64,000 nt of DNA from Alphaproteobacteria bacterium (GTDB taxonomy: Bacteria; Pseudomonadota; Alphaproteobacteria; Rickettsiales; UBA998). Below are positions 10,354 through 21,954 of this stretch, piece after piece. The stretch covers positions 7,348 to 71,347 of the forward strand of contig JAYUJH010000035.1 of assembly GCA_043765375.1 (NCBI GenBank). The letters run 5' to 3'. The stretch's first letter is position 1, and the number at the start of each line of letters is the position of its first letter. The position numbers were made by a program, and so were the translations under genes. Under the pieces are notes generated by a model. The model had not been told where the DNA came from. It worked only from the letters and a program-made list of their open reading frames with translations, and searched no databases.

Positions 10354-11283
10354 ATGATACAATCAGCCGTTGAAATTAAATCTTTGACTAAAGATTATCG
10401 TTTTAATAAAGGTAAAAATGTGAAACACGCCTTGCTTGGTATTGATTTATCAGTGCCACAAGGTGCTTTTTTTGGTTTGCTTGGGCCAAATGGTGCAGGA
10501 AAATCTAGTATGATTAACATTATGGCTGGGTTAGTTAAAAAAACTTCAGGTGAAGTTAATATTTGTGGTTTTAATATTGATACTCATGAGCGGCAAGCGA
10601 AGCAATCAATCGGAGTTGTCCCTCAAGAATTAGTGTTGGATAGTTTTTTTACGGTGCGTCAAGCGTTGGATATTCACGCTGGATATTATGGTGTGCCAAA
10701 AGCGCAACGCCGCACACAAGAAATAATAGAAGTGATGGGGTTGCAGGATAAAGCCGACGCAAAATCTCGCTCTCTTTCAGGTGGAATGCGACGACGCTTG
10801 CTGATTGGTAAGGCGTTAGTTCATTCTCCCAAAGTTTTGGTGCTTGATGAACCAACGGCTGGGGTGGATATTGAACTTCGCACGCAGCTTTGGGATTATG
10901 TCAAAAAATTGAATAAAAATGGAACAACTATAGTATTAACCACGCATTATTTGGAAGAAGCAGAGGCTTTGTGCGATGATATAGCAATAATTAATCGTGG
11001 TCAGGTTGTGGCTCATGATAAAAAAGATAATTTAATGAGTGGTTTTAATAATAAAAAATTAATCGTTAAATTATCAGAAAAAATTAATGAGATGCCTCAC
11101 GATTTGCTAAATGATGGTTGGATAATGCTTGCAGATAACGAATTGCAAATAACTTACAAGCCGAGTGAAGCAAATATTGAATATAATCTAAGTAAATTGC
11201 GTGATTTTGGGCTATCAATTAGTGATTTATCCACCAAGGATACGGAGTTGGAAGAAATATTTTTGCATTTCACCGCATCGTAA
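10354..11283 (+). CDS. ABC transporter ATP-binding protein (no adjacent permease)
   Basis: Walker A is GPNGAGKSS, the signature is LSGGMRRRL, and Walker B is VLVLDEPT. I chose the ATG at 10354; the ORF-track start at 10222 overlaps pnp. Confidence 0.85.
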   Translation: MIQSAVEIKSLTKDYRFNKGKNVKHALLGIDLSVPQGAFFGLLGPNGAGKSSMINIMAGLVKKTSGEVNICGFNIDTHERQAKQSIGVVPQELVLDSFFTVRQALDIHAGYYGVPKAQRRTQEIIEVMGLQDKADAKSRSLSGGMRRRLLIGKALVHSPKVLVLDEPTAGVDIELRTQLWDYVKKLNKNGTTIVLTTHYLEEAEALCDDIAIINRGQVVAHDKKDNLMSGFNNKKLIVKLSEKINEMPHDLLNDGWIMLADNELQITYKPSEANIEYNLSKLRDFGLSISDLSTKDTELEEIFLHFTAS

Positions 11284-11285
11284 TA

Positions 11286-12206
11286 TCAAAACTTCTGAGT
11301 GTAATATTCATTATTTTTATTAGTTGTATCAGGTAAATACTCAAAATTAACGTTAACATTCGCTATGATTTCGGCGTGTAAAATTGGTTGAGCCGCTATA
11401 ATGCGATATTCGCTATGATAATTTTTGCTAGAAAAAACAATTTCATCACCATATTCGTCAGTTATTTTAATACCTGATTGTTCTAAAATAGGGATTAATG
11501 CGGCAACATCATGAAACGCTAAATCTCCTTCCCAGACAGCATCAACTTCACCTGTTAAAAGTTGCATAAAACCAATGCAATTTCGGTTGGTATAAACTGC
11601 TTTCGCTTTGCTGCATATTGAGTGAAAAGATTTTTGTTGCCTTGGCGTATTGAACATAACTTGTGGAGCGGTACTGCATATTATTGCGTCACATAATTTT
11701 TTTTCTGGCGAAAGAATTATAGATTGCCCGTTAAAAATTGGTGCAATCTCTGTTCCTCCAATCCATATATTTTCATTAATCAAATCATAAATTAATCCTA
11801 ATATTGCTTTTTTCTGATATAATAATGCAATAGAAGTTCCAAAATATGGTTGAATAGCTACGTTAGGAATTGTATTGCTGGCAATGTTAACAGCAGATTC
11901 AACCATTGCCGCGGTTCCATCTATTGGATCAAACGCCCATAAATAATCACTTGCACCAATTTGATAACCAAATTCTTCACCAGCAATATCATGAGTTGGA
12001 TAAGTTAATTTAACCAAATCACGCATAGCTTGTTCTGCTATTAATTCGCCTTTAGTTACCAACTCTTTTGTTTTGCTTTGTTTCCATATTAACGCGTCGT
12101 TAATATTTTCACGTGCGCTTGCAACTAGTGAATCGTAATTTTCTTGCAGAATTGGTTTAGCATTCTCTAACAATTGCAGTGAAAAATCATAATATTGCTT
12201 AAACAT
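11286..12206 (-). CDS. Inositol monophosphatase family protein (SuhB/HisN/CysQ-like)
   Basis: 306 aa. WAFDPIDGTAAM and the second motif HDVAALIPILEQSG fit the IMPase fold family. Confidence 0.75.
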   Translation of the reverse strand: MFKQYYDFSLQLLENAKPILQENYDSLVASARENINDALIWKQSKTKELVTKGELIAEQAMRDLVKLTYPTHDIAGEEFGYQIGASDYLWAFDPIDGTAAMVESAVNIASNTIPNVAIQPYFGTSIALLYQKKAILGLIYDLINENIWIGGTEIAPIFNGQSIILSPEKKLCDAIICSTAPQVMFNTPRQQKSFHSICSKAKAVYTNRNCIGFMQLLTGEVDAVWEGDLAFHDVAALIPILEQSGIKITDEYGDEIVFSSKNYHSEYRIIAAQPILHAEIIANVNVNFEYLPDTTNKNNEYYTQKF

Positions 12207-12805
12207 TATTTGAATAATTTAGCTATTCTATCGTTGCAATCGGAGATTGTATCAGTGAATGGTTCAGTTGATTTTGCACTCATTTCAAACAGCATATTAC
12301 TTATTTTGCTGTGATTATCAAATAACATTTTCATATTTATTTGTGAAACACGGTTTTGCAGTGAAAATAAGTCCTTGGCAGTGCGACAATTAAATAGATT
12401 TTTGAAGCATTCAACATTTTCACTAATTACATGATTTGCGGATTCATAAATTGATTCGCTTATATTTTTTGCATGTTCATTTGCAATTTCTCTCGCCTCG
12501 GTGCATGCTTCTACATAACTTTTGCTGATTGAAGACGTTTCATTCATCAGTCTTGAGGTAATATTAACGGTTTGATCGATATTCTCTGATGATTGTTTCG
12601 CATCAATGCTTGCTGGAGCAATTTGCACAACGTTGTCAGAAATTTTGTTTTGATTTACTGTTATGTCTAATTTAATATTTTGCTGTTCGCTTACAATTTC
12701 AGTTTTTGCTTGCTCCAAAGTTTGTGTAGTCGCCGCTTGCAATCCAGCATTTTGCTGCTTAGGTGAATTACCTTTATTTCCACGATTATTCATATAAAAC
12801 TCCAC
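12206..12805 (-). CDS. Hypothetical protein, possibly phasin-like
   Basis: 199 aa. The C-terminal half (CRTAKDLFSLQNRV...SKISNMLFEMSAKSTEPFTD) resembles the phasin_2 pattern. Its stop overlaps the downstream start by 1 nt (TAATG). Confidence 0.4.
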   Translation of the reverse strand: MEFYMNNRGNKGNSPKQQNAGLQAATTQTLEQAKTEIVSEQQNIKLDITVNQNKISDNVVQIAPASIDAKQSSENIDQTVNITSRLMNETSSISKSYVEACTEAREIANEHAKNISESIYESANHVISENVECFKNLFNCRTAKDLFSLQNRVSQINMKMLFDNHSKISNMLFEMSAKSTEPFTDTISDCNDRIAKLFK

Positions 12806-12886
12806 TATATTCTAAAATATTTTTTCAAATACATAATATACTTGCGCAATTACTATGTCAATATATTTATAGTTTGCACGACGACT

Positions 12887-14158
12887 TCAAATTGCAACTT
12901 TAAGTAGAGAAAAAACGCCATTTGCTTTGGTCAACATCTCCTGATATTCACTCTCTGCCTCGGAATCTGTGGTAATTCCGCCACCAAACTGGCACTCAAA
13001 TTGTGTATCATTGGTAATTAAAGTGCGAATAACCACAGATAATTCGCAATTATTGCCGTTTATCCAGCCAAGCGCACCGCTATATATGCCACGAGGTGCG
13101 CCTTCAATTATGTTTAGCCATTTCATTGCAGCGATTTTTGGTGCGCCCGTCATTGAACCTGCGGGAAATATTTTGCTTATAACATCTCCAAGTTGAAAAT
13201 TATGTTGCAACATTGCTGAAATAGTTGAAGAAAGATGATGCAAGTTCTTAAAGCTATCAATTTCCCACAGATGTGGCACTGATAATGTTCCATTAATCGC
13301 TACTTGCGAGAAATCGTTGCGCATCAAATCAACTATCATTAGATTTTCTGCCATGTTTTTTTCGCTTAATCGCAATGAAGTCGCCGTTTCAGTGATTGGT
13401 GCAGTCCCTTTAATTGGGCGAGTGGTGATGTTGTTATTTGCATCAATTTTCACAAATAATTCAGGCGAGGCAGAAATTATATATGTGCCACCCTGTGCAA
13501 TAAATGCGCTATAAGGGGCGGGGCTAGTCGTGCATAATTCTGTGAACCCCGCAAATGCTGAAATATGGTTGATTTTTTCTTCAAGTTCACCGCTATATTT
13601 GCAAGTTAAATTAGCTTGATAAAAATTGCCCGCATGTATTTGAGCGATTGCATCATTAATATGTTGGTGATATTGCTCGCGTAAAAAATATGGGGTGATG
13701 TTTTTTGCCTTAGGGAATGTTTGAGGGAATGATATATGGGATTTTGCAACATCATTTGAGAGCGATTTTAATATAGCTTCTACTGGTTCACTTCCATGAT
13801 AATAACATTTTTCTGTGATGTGATTATATTGCACCACATTTGCATATTTAACGAAATTAACGCCATTTTGTGGGGGAGTATTTTTTGCCACATCAAAGCC
13901 AAAATTGGCATGATTTGCTTCATAAGTGATGTAGCCAAACCAGTGGGGCAGGGTAGTTGCTTCATTTATTTGGGTGAGTGCATTAATGTCATCGGCTGTT
14001 AGTTCGTCAACAACGCCCCAAGCTAAATATGAATATTCACCTGAGTAACTAGTTTGTTTTGCGGAAAATAGCAGTGCGAAATCAGTTGCTTGAGTAGCTA
14101 GAGATTGCGCAGCTTCAACAGGTGAGTGCCACGCAATCTCTTGTAATTCGTCAATCAT
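12887..14158 (-). CDS. pabB: Aminodeoxychorismate synthase component I (chorismate-binding enzyme)
   Basis: 423 aa. SPELFVKI...TRPIKGT and GSMTGAPKIAAMKWLNIIEGAPRGIYSGALGWI are chorismate-utilising enzyme motifs. pabC lies in the same operon. Confidence 0.8.
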   Translation of the reverse strand: MIDELQEIAWHSPVEAAQSLATQATDFALLFSAKQTSYSGEYSYLAWGVVDELTADDINALTQINEATTLPHWFGYITYEANHANFGFDVAKNTPPQNGVNFVKYANVVQYNHITEKCYYHGSEPVEAILKSLSNDVAKSHISFPQTFPKAKNITPYFLREQYHQHINDAIAQIHAGNFYQANLTCKYSGELEEKINHISAFAGFTELCTTSPAPYSAFIAQGGTYIISASPELFVKIDANNNITTRPIKGTAPITETATSLRLSEKNMAENLMIVDLMRNDFSQVAINGTLSVPHLWEIDSFKNLHHLSSTISAMLQHNFQLGDVISKIFPAGSMTGAPKIAAMKWLNIIEGAPRGIYSGALGWINGNNCELSVVIRTLITNDTQFECQFGGGITTDSEAESEYQEMLTKANGVFSLLKVAI

Positions 14159-15627
14159 AGACCGCTAATTGTTGGGATTAATTTAGCCACTTCATTCGCA
14201 TCAACCATGAAATCTGCTTGTGGTTTGTCAGAAATTGTGATGGTTTCCCCTTTTTTAACAATCTTCCATGTGACATTTTTATCATCATCATTAATATCAT
14301 ATTTTTGATAAAGTTTGATTATGCCACCTATTGCTTCATTGGAAAAAACTTGCGGGCTAGCAGTTTCGCCACATGCGTGCAACATTTTTGCAACATCATT
14401 AGCGTAATTAGCGAAATTAGTTATCATGACTTCGCAATTTTGGCAATTAATTTCAATTTGTGCGTCCCCGTTTTTGGTCTCCCCACTTGCGGTTAAACCA
14501 AACATAGATGTGCTGAACCCAACTTTTTCAAACGCTCCTTTCATTGTTGAAAAGTCACCATTTGCATTAAAAAATGTTTCTATTTTACTATATTTTTGCA
14601 ATTGTGGCACGATATTGATGAAAACTTCATCGGCAACTTCATTATTTTTGATTTTCTTCGCAATATCGTCTGAAATTAAATTATTATTCTCACCTTTTTT
14701 AACTGCCTCTAGCATTTTTTTGGCAAGCTCAATATTGGCAACATCAAACTTTTCAGTGAAATCAAATGTTCCAGAATGTTTGATTTTGCTTTCCGTTTCA
14801 GTCACAATTTCTAGAGGGAAATCAATATTATATAAATTGTTGCTGATTTTTAATTCACGCAAGTTAAATTGAAATTGTGAGGAATTATTTGTATCAAAAA
14901 CTGCACCACCGCTAGCGATGAAGTTTTGTTTGCCTAAATCCGCATATTTCACGTTAAATAAATCCGCATATTCTGTTCCCGCAGCGTCATTCAACATATC
15001 AATATCGTCAAATATTTCAAAATCTTCCGCTCTGATGCTAAAATCAACCATTTGCGAAGTTTTAGCTGCTGGGCTAGAATTAAACGACATACTGTATAAT
15101 TTTGCGGAGGCGAGTTTTTTTTCGCCCTCTGTGACGGTGAAATTGGCGATTTCGCAACCTATTGCACGAATATTTTTGGCAACATCACTAAACTTGCCTT
15201 GCTTTAGATGCTTATTTGCGGCGATAAAATTAACGATTGAATCAGCAGCAATATTGCATTTTAAGCCGTCATCACTGACGATTTTATATGATTTCGCAGC
15301 GTCATTAATCACGATTGCGCCGTGTGATTGCATTTTCACATAGTCACCCATCAACCCCGATGAAAAGGTTAAATCTTCTTCAATTAAAATGGTTGCATCT
15401 TTAGATTTTAATGTCGGTTTGGTGAAAGTAACCATAGATTTGGTTGGATAACCTGAAGTTTTGCGATCTTCATAAGAGATTTTCATATCATCTTTGGCAT
15501 TTTCATTCAATTTTGTTAATTGTTTGGTCAAGCCTTCCGCCAACTTATTTGTCAATATGTCCCACACAACATAATGTGTTCCGATGATTGATGCGACTAA
15601 TGGCACTATAATTAACGACTTTTTCAT
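14155..15627 (-). CDS. Hypothetical N-terminally anchored or secreted protein
   Basis: 490 aa with an N-terminal hydrophobic segment, MKKSLIIVPLVASIIG. Its stop overlaps the pabB start (ATGA). It is possibly DUF2125-like, but I cannot verify that. Confidence 0.6.
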   Translation of the reverse strand: MKKSLIIVPLVASIIGTHYVVWDILTNKLAEGLTKQLTKLNENAKDDMKISYEDRKTSGYPTKSMVTFTKPTLKSKDATILIEEDLTFSSGLMGDYVKMQSHGAIVINDAAKSYKIVSDDGLKCNIAADSIVNFIAANKHLKQGKFSDVAKNIRAIGCEIANFTVTEGEKKLASAKLYSMSFNSSPAAKTSQMVDFSIRAEDFEIFDDIDMLNDAAGTEYADLFNVKYADLGKQNFIASGGAVFDTNNSSQFQFNLRELKISNNLYNIDFPLEIVTETESKIKHSGTFDFTEKFDVANIELAKKMLEAVKKGENNNLISDDIAKKIKNNEVADEVFINIVPQLQKYSKIETFFNANGDFSTMKGAFEKVGFSTSMFGLTASGETKNGDAQIEINCQNCEVMITNFANYANDVAKMLHACGETASPQVFSNEAIGGIIKLYQKYDINDDDKNVTWKIVKKGETITISDKPQADFMVDANEVAKLIPTISGL

Positions 15628-15686
15628 GAATATTTTCCAATGTATTTTTTTCCAAGTTTAGCGATTAGATTTGTTTTTCGCAATAG

Positions 15687-16574
15687 TTATTTTGCGCAGA
15701 AATTATTAATTTCATTGGTGATTTGCGTTGTGATTTTTTTTATCAATTGCGCAATTAAATCATGATTTTGTCGTAATTCATCATCATTAATGCTAGCAAT
15801 TTTAGTTATTCCCATGGTGCAATTAGTTAAGAAAGCCCCGTTACATTCGCATAGTTCATTAATAGTAGTTAATTTCTCCGTCGCCCCAAGTTGCAATAAT
15901 TTTTGCCGCATCACTCCATTGAGGCAACCAGTGGTTAATGGTGGGGTTAAAAGCTGCTCACCTTCTAGCCAAAAAATGTTGGAACTTGCCGCTTCGCTAA
16001 CAAAATCATCATGGCTCAACATTAATGCTTCATTATATCCTGCATTAATTGCTGCTATTTTGGCGAGAATTGGGTTCATTCCTTGCATGATTTTGCTGGT
16101 ATTGGGCAGGCAGTTTGGTGGAGGTCTGCGCCATTTGCTCAGCTGCAACCGCACCGCCTGATTTGCGTATATATTATGAATTGGCGGAGTTGTATTTTGT
16201 GTTTCAATATATATGGTTGGCGGGGTTGCGTTAGTGGGAAGGTAACCTTTGCTTCCATTGCCACGGGTGATGATGATGCGACATAACCCGTTGATGATAT
16301 TGTTTTGGTGGATAATTGCTTGAACTGCATCAATGATGTTGTCAATATTTGCGCTAATGCTCAAAATATCTAGCCCAATTTGCAATCGTGAGAAATGTAA
16401 ATCCCAAAATATTGGTGCTTGTTGTAGCACCGCAATTGTTGTGAATATTCCATCACCAAAACGAAACCCTCTATCATTGCAATTTATATGCGCATCAGAT
16501 TGTGGTATGATTTCACCATTCAACCAAACATAATTCGGGCAGACATAATCTAGGCTAGCATCATTATGCACCAT
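15687..16574 (-). CDS. pabC: Aminodeoxychorismate lyase / class IV aminotransferase
   Basis: 295 aa. NDRGFRFGDGIFTTI marks the fold-type IV PLP family, and pabB is co-located. Confidence 0.75.
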   Translation of the reverse strand: MVHNDASLDYVCPNYVWLNGEIIPQSDAHINCNDRGFRFGDGIFTTIAVLQQAPIFWDLHFSRLQIGLDILSISANIDNIIDAVQAIIHQNNIINGLCRIIITRGNGSKGYLPTNATPPTIYIETQNTTPPIHNIYANQAVRLQLSKWRRPPPNCLPNTSKIMQGMNPILAKIAAINAGYNEALMLSHDDFVSEAASSNIFWLEGEQLLTPPLTTGCLNGVMRQKLLQLGATEKLTTINELCECNGAFLTNCTMGITKIASINDDELRQNHDLIAQLIKKITTQITNEINNFCAK

Positions 16575-17358
16575 AGGAGGGGCTAAGCAATTTCAAGGTG
16601 CTGGAAGATTGCGGAGTGGTGCGCATTTGCTCCATCAATTTCACTTGTTCTTCGGCTAATTTTTTGAGATTAGATTGTTCTTTTTCCAACATCTGACGAT
16701 TATTAATCACTTCACGGCGTTCTTGCTCTTTCTCATTTTTGATGAACGCATCTTCCAAGGCTAATATCTGAATGGCGACATCACGCATACGAGTTCGCAC
16801 TCGCTCCACATTACCATCTAAAATATAATAAGCTGCCATAGTCGGGATTGCTACACAAAGCCCCCCCACAGTTGTGATTAATGCCTCCCATATTCCACCA
16901 GCGAGCAGGGCAGGGTCAACCCGTCCGCCCGCATCGCTCAAAGTTGCAAATACTGTTATCATGCCAAGCACCGTGCCGAGCAACCCAAGCAATGGCGAGG
17001 TATTTGCTACCATCTCCAACCCACGCATATGAGATTCTAGCACTTGTATCTCAGCCGTGCCGATGCGAGCAATTTCTGCTTCTCTGCTCTTGCTGGACAT
17101 ATCACGGTTTAACACGCAGCGAATGGCGCAACGCATAACTCTAGCAACTGGCCCTATAGTTTTTTGCAGCAATTCATCAGCGTCAGTATATTCCCCTTGG
17201 CGAATATGCTGCATTATTGGCTCAATATATGCACTTTTCAGGGCTTGCCCAGCATTGAACTGCACTATTTTATAAAAAATCACCGCAAGAGCGTAAATTG
17301 AAAGTCCAACGATTGGTATCATTATGATGCCACCTTTGGATAAAATATCTAAACTCAT
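16564..17358 (-). CDS. MotA/TolQ/ExbB proton-channel family protein with a C-terminal coiled-coil tail
   Basis: 264 aa. SPLLGLLGTVLGMITVF and GGIWEALITTVGGLCVAIP are ExbB/TolQ signatures. The tail EKEQERREVINNRQMLEKEQSNLKKLAEEQ is a predicted coiled coil. No ExbD/TolR gene is adjacent. Confidence 0.8.
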   Translation of the reverse strand: MSLDILSKGGIIMIPIVGLSIYALAVIFYKIVQFNAGQALKSAYIEPIMQHIRQGEYTDADELLQKTIGPVARVMRCAIRCVLNRDMSSKSREAEIARIGTAEIQVLESHMRGLEMVANTSPLLGLLGTVLGMITVFATLSDAGGRVDPALLAGGIWEALITTVGGLCVAIPTMAAYYILDGNVERVRTRMRDVAIQILALEDAFIKNEKEQERREVINNRQMLEKEQSNLKKLAEEQVKLMEQMRTTPQSSSTLKLLSPSYGA

Positions 17359-17386
17359 AAATTACTTACCTTGCTTGCTTTTAATT

Positions 17387-17434
17387 CGCTATTTGCTTAA
17401 TGCTCTATTTACTTGATGCTCTATTTGCTTATCT
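17387..17434. repeat. Tandem 16-bp x3 direct repeat in the intergenic region
   Basis: The units are cgctatttgcttaatg / ctctatttacttgatg / ctctatttgcttatct. They lie between the kinase gene and the exbB-like gene. Confidence 0.8.
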
Positions 17435-17497
17435 AATACGTATTATTTGTTTCAATATTTACCATAATATTCATTTTTTAACAAATATCAATAGTTT

Positions 17498-20104
17498 TTA
17501 ATGAATTGTAATGGTTTGTTGCGTCAGTGCTAAAGTTTCAAGTGCTAAAGTCTCGTCTGATGGGTCACGGGGCGTTTTATCAGAAATATCATTCTGATTA
17601 TTCTTATCCAACGATTTATTATCCAACGATGTATCTGATGATTTGATTGGCAAATAACATGTCACCATTGTCCCTTTATTTAGCTCGGAGTGCATCTCCA
17701 CATATCCACCGTGCAACTCAACAAAGTTTTTCACCATTGAAAGCCCAAGCCCTGTTCCTGCTTTTCGCACTCCCGAACTGCCACGATAAAACTTGTCAAA
17801 CACTTCTTTTTGCTCCGTTTCAGAAATCCCAACCCCGTTATCCTGCACCCACATCACAATTTCACTATTAGTTTTTTTTGCCCCCAAAGTGATGCTACCA
17901 GCCCCATCAACCGAATATTTCACGGCATTGCTCAGCAAATGAAATAATATCTGCCTGATGCGAGTTTCATCAGCGTGCATTGCCCCAATATCAGCTGCAC
18001 ATTCAATATGCGCAATTAGTTCAAACTCTTTCAACCGTTCACTCAACAAGTTTGTCATAGTGTTTAACAATTTATAAACGTTAAACTCGGTGATGTTTAG
18101 CGTCATATAACCAGCTTCAATGCTTGATAAATCCAATATATCGTTAATCAAGTGCATCAAATGTTGTGAAGAATTATAAATCCCCTCAACATATTCCCGC
18201 TGTTTGACGGACAATTCACCGAAATAATCTTGGCGCAACATTTCAGCAAATCCACTAATTGATGTAAGTGGTGAGCGCAATTCATATGACATATTAGCCA
18301 AGAACTCGGTTTTTAGTTTGTCGCCAGCTTCCAGTGCCTCGTTGCGCTCCCGCAATGATCTCTCAACCAATGTGCTTGCGGTGTTATCAATATAAGTTAT
18401 TAAAACTCCGCCATCGGGCAGTGGCACAATGCTACAATCTATCACTGCGCCATCTGTGCGTTCAAATCGCAGCAAATGCCGTTTCCTATCTTGTGCAATA
18501 TTTATCAATTCTTCCTTGAATAATTCCCAATTACTAGTCAGATATAAATGTCTAGTTTTATCCAATAATTGTGAAATATGTATTCCACTTTTAAGATTTT
18601 TTTCCTCCAAATCCCAAAGCGAGAGAAAAGTTGGATTTTTGAGTTTCAGCCTGCCATCTTCACCAAAAACCACCACTCCTTCATGCAAATTATCTAATGT
18701 TTCGCTCTGCACTGCAATCAAAGTATTGTAAGAACGCTCCAATGCTAGCTTATCCGTCACATCTTCATAAATAAACAACATTCCGCCCGCTGAGTTAGGT
18801 ATGGCGACATTACGCAAAGTCCTACCATCGGGGAGATAAAATAATTCCTCCTGCGGCTCGGTGATTTCACTGAACATACGCAAACGTTGTTGCTTGAATG
18901 CGGCAAAATTAATTTGCTCGGGCAGGCGGCGCAATTCACGCAAATGCTCAATCATTTCGGCAAATGTCGGCTCGCTATCCAACCATGTTTCATCAACTCC
19001 CCAAATGCGCACATAAGCCTGATTATAAAACTTCAAGCGCATATTTGCGCCGTAAATAATCATCGCTGAAGATGAACTATCAAGCAAATCTTCTAACGTG
19101 CTTAAATTATGCGTTACCTCAGTTTCAACTTTCTCTAGTGCGCTAATGTCATGGGCAAAGCCAATTGTTCCACCAAGTTCGCTTACATATAATTCGTTAA
19201 TATTCCATAATATCCGCTCACCTTCCACCACCAATCTATGCCTACTGCTTGATAATGCTTTGCTCTCCATCGCATGGTTGGCAATTCGCCTAGCTCCTTT
19301 GAATAAAGAAGGCATCGCACCATCTTTAATAGTTGCATCATTTTCATCAACTAACTGCATATAAGCAAGGTTGCAATAAATTATATCCATTTTTGCATCA
19401 CGCACCCACATGGGGATTGGAATATTATTTAGCAATAAATTATGCTGTTTGCGCTCATGTTTTAATGCTTCATTTTCCGCTACTGCGCTAAGCATTTTCT
19501 GATATTCTTTATGGACATTACGCAACATTAATGCATAGGCAGGCTTTTTTTGCCAAATATTATGATGGACTAAATATTTCACTACCTGCCCATTTTTGAA
19601 ACGTAATAGTGATTGATTATGCTCTGTTTCTGGATTATTCAGTGCATCACGCAATTTTAGTGCATCTTCAGCTCGCAAAAGTTGCAATAATTCTTCTATG
19701 TTGGAGAATTGAATATTAGCATCATCAGCTATGTTATCAGATTTTTGTGTTTTGACCTGAACTCCTATTTTGTTTGGCTCTCCCGCCTTAGCAACACTAC
19801 TACTCGCCTTGTTCAAGCCGTGTGTGTTACCAAGCCCCTGAATATTTCCAAGCCCTTGAGCAAATAATATTTTTTCGCTGGCTTTACAAAACAAAATATT
19901 TGCAAAGCCAGCTTCGGTTAGTTGATTGTTGAAATCATGAGCAATTTTTGCAATATTATTAGCTCGCCGTAATTTTAACATCGCATATAATAATATTACA
20001 ACCGCAAACCCAAGCGATATAAACCCTAGATTTATATCAAGCCCTAGATTTGCGCTAAAATAATCCGCTTGCCAAGGCATATGATTTGCGGTTGTTGTGT
20101 TCAT
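17498..20104 (-). CDS. Membrane-bound multi-PAS sensor histidine kinase
   Basis: 868 aa. The H-box is FLANMSYELRSPLTSI. The N/G boxes are HLLSNAVKY, DNGVGI and GTGLGLSMV. PAS-like repeats lie upstream. Confidence 0.88.
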   Translation of the reverse strand: MNTTTANHMPWQADYFSANLGLDINLGFISLGFAVVILLYAMLKLRRANNIAKIAHDFNNQLTEAGFANILFCKASEKILFAQGLGNIQGLGNTHGLNKASSSVAKAGEPNKIGVQVKTQKSDNIADDANIQFSNIEELLQLLRAEDALKLRDALNNPETEHNQSLLRFKNGQVVKYLVHHNIWQKKPAYALMLRNVHKEYQKMLSAVAENEALKHERKQHNLLLNNIPIPMWVRDAKMDIIYCNLAYMQLVDENDATIKDGAMPSLFKGARRIANHAMESKALSSSRHRLVVEGERILWNINELYVSELGGTIGFAHDISALEKVETEVTHNLSTLEDLLDSSSSAMIIYGANMRLKFYNQAYVRIWGVDETWLDSEPTFAEMIEHLRELRRLPEQINFAAFKQQRLRMFSEITEPQEELFYLPDGRTLRNVAIPNSAGGMLFIYEDVTDKLALERSYNTLIAVQSETLDNLHEGVVVFGEDGRLKLKNPTFLSLWDLEEKNLKSGIHISQLLDKTRHLYLTSNWELFKEELINIAQDRKRHLLRFERTDGAVIDCSIVPLPDGGVLITYIDNTASTLVERSLRERNEALEAGDKLKTEFLANMSYELRSPLTSISGFAEMLRQDYFGELSVKQREYVEGIYNSSQHLMHLINDILDLSSIEAGYMTLNITEFNVYKLLNTMTNLLSERLKEFELIAHIECAADIGAMHADETRIRQILFHLLSNAVKYSVDGAGSITLGAKKTNSEIVMWVQDNGVGISETEQKEVFDKFYRGSSGVRKAGTGLGLSMVKNFVELHGGYVEMHSELNKGTMVTCYLPIKSSDTSLDNKSLDKNNQNDISDKTPRDPSDETLALETLALTQQTITIH

Positions 20105-20119
20105 GATTTAATGATTGTT

Positions 20120-21463
<1,344 letters not shown>

Positions 21464-21725
21464 TCATAACCCACTTTATAAGTATTTTTGCAATTAATCT
21501 ATGTTTTTTTTCACTAAAATAGTGGGGATTTTATAAAATATGGAGATTTCATCATGTGTCTTTTTTGCATCATCGCAATTATATTTGCATGGTTGTGATG
21601 TTTTATACAAAAAAGTAACGTTTTTGAAATTATTACTTGTAGTATATGAAAATATTGTTATAATGTATGTTAAGTTGGATAACAACTTTTTATATTATTA
21701 ACTTTATATACAAAGGAATTAAAAC

Positions 21726-21896
21726 ATGAAACATTTGAAAAAATTAATTAACGATGAGTCTGGTGCAACTGCAATTGAATATGGTTTGATCGCAGCTCTG
21801 ATTTCAGTAGCAATCATTGCTATAGTAACAACGCTTGGACAAAGTTTGACTTCAACATTCACTACTGTTAATGAAGGTCTGCTATCTACTCAATAA
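21726..21896 (+). CDS. flp: Flp family type IVb pilin (small ORF absent from the ORF track)
   Basis: 56 aa, MKHLKKLINDESGATAIEYGLIAALISVAIIAIVTTLGQSL.... It has the Flp motif G/ATAIEYGLIAA and is followed by a terminator. Confidence 0.8.
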   Translation: MKHLKKLINDESGATAIEYGLIAALISVAIIAIVTTLGQSLTSTFTTVNEGLLSTQ

Positions 21897-21920
21897 TCAA
21901 TTATCGATTACTTGAACTAA

Positions 21921-21954
21921 AAAATGTTGGGAGTTATCTTCCAGCATTTTTTTT
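21921..21954 (+). terminator. Rho-independent terminator after flp
   Basis: Stem aaaatgttgg / ccagcatttt with one G-U pair, a 10-nt loop, and a T8 run. Confidence 0.65.

Noticed and set aside
21494-21685. 63-aa minus-strand ORF in the ahcY-flp intergenic region. A similar ORF lies at 51051-51242 in the pyk-manC spacer.
   Set aside because: These are AT-rich spacer DNA with Asn/Ile/Tyr/Lys-rich translations typical of random frames, and they have no SD or homology cues.
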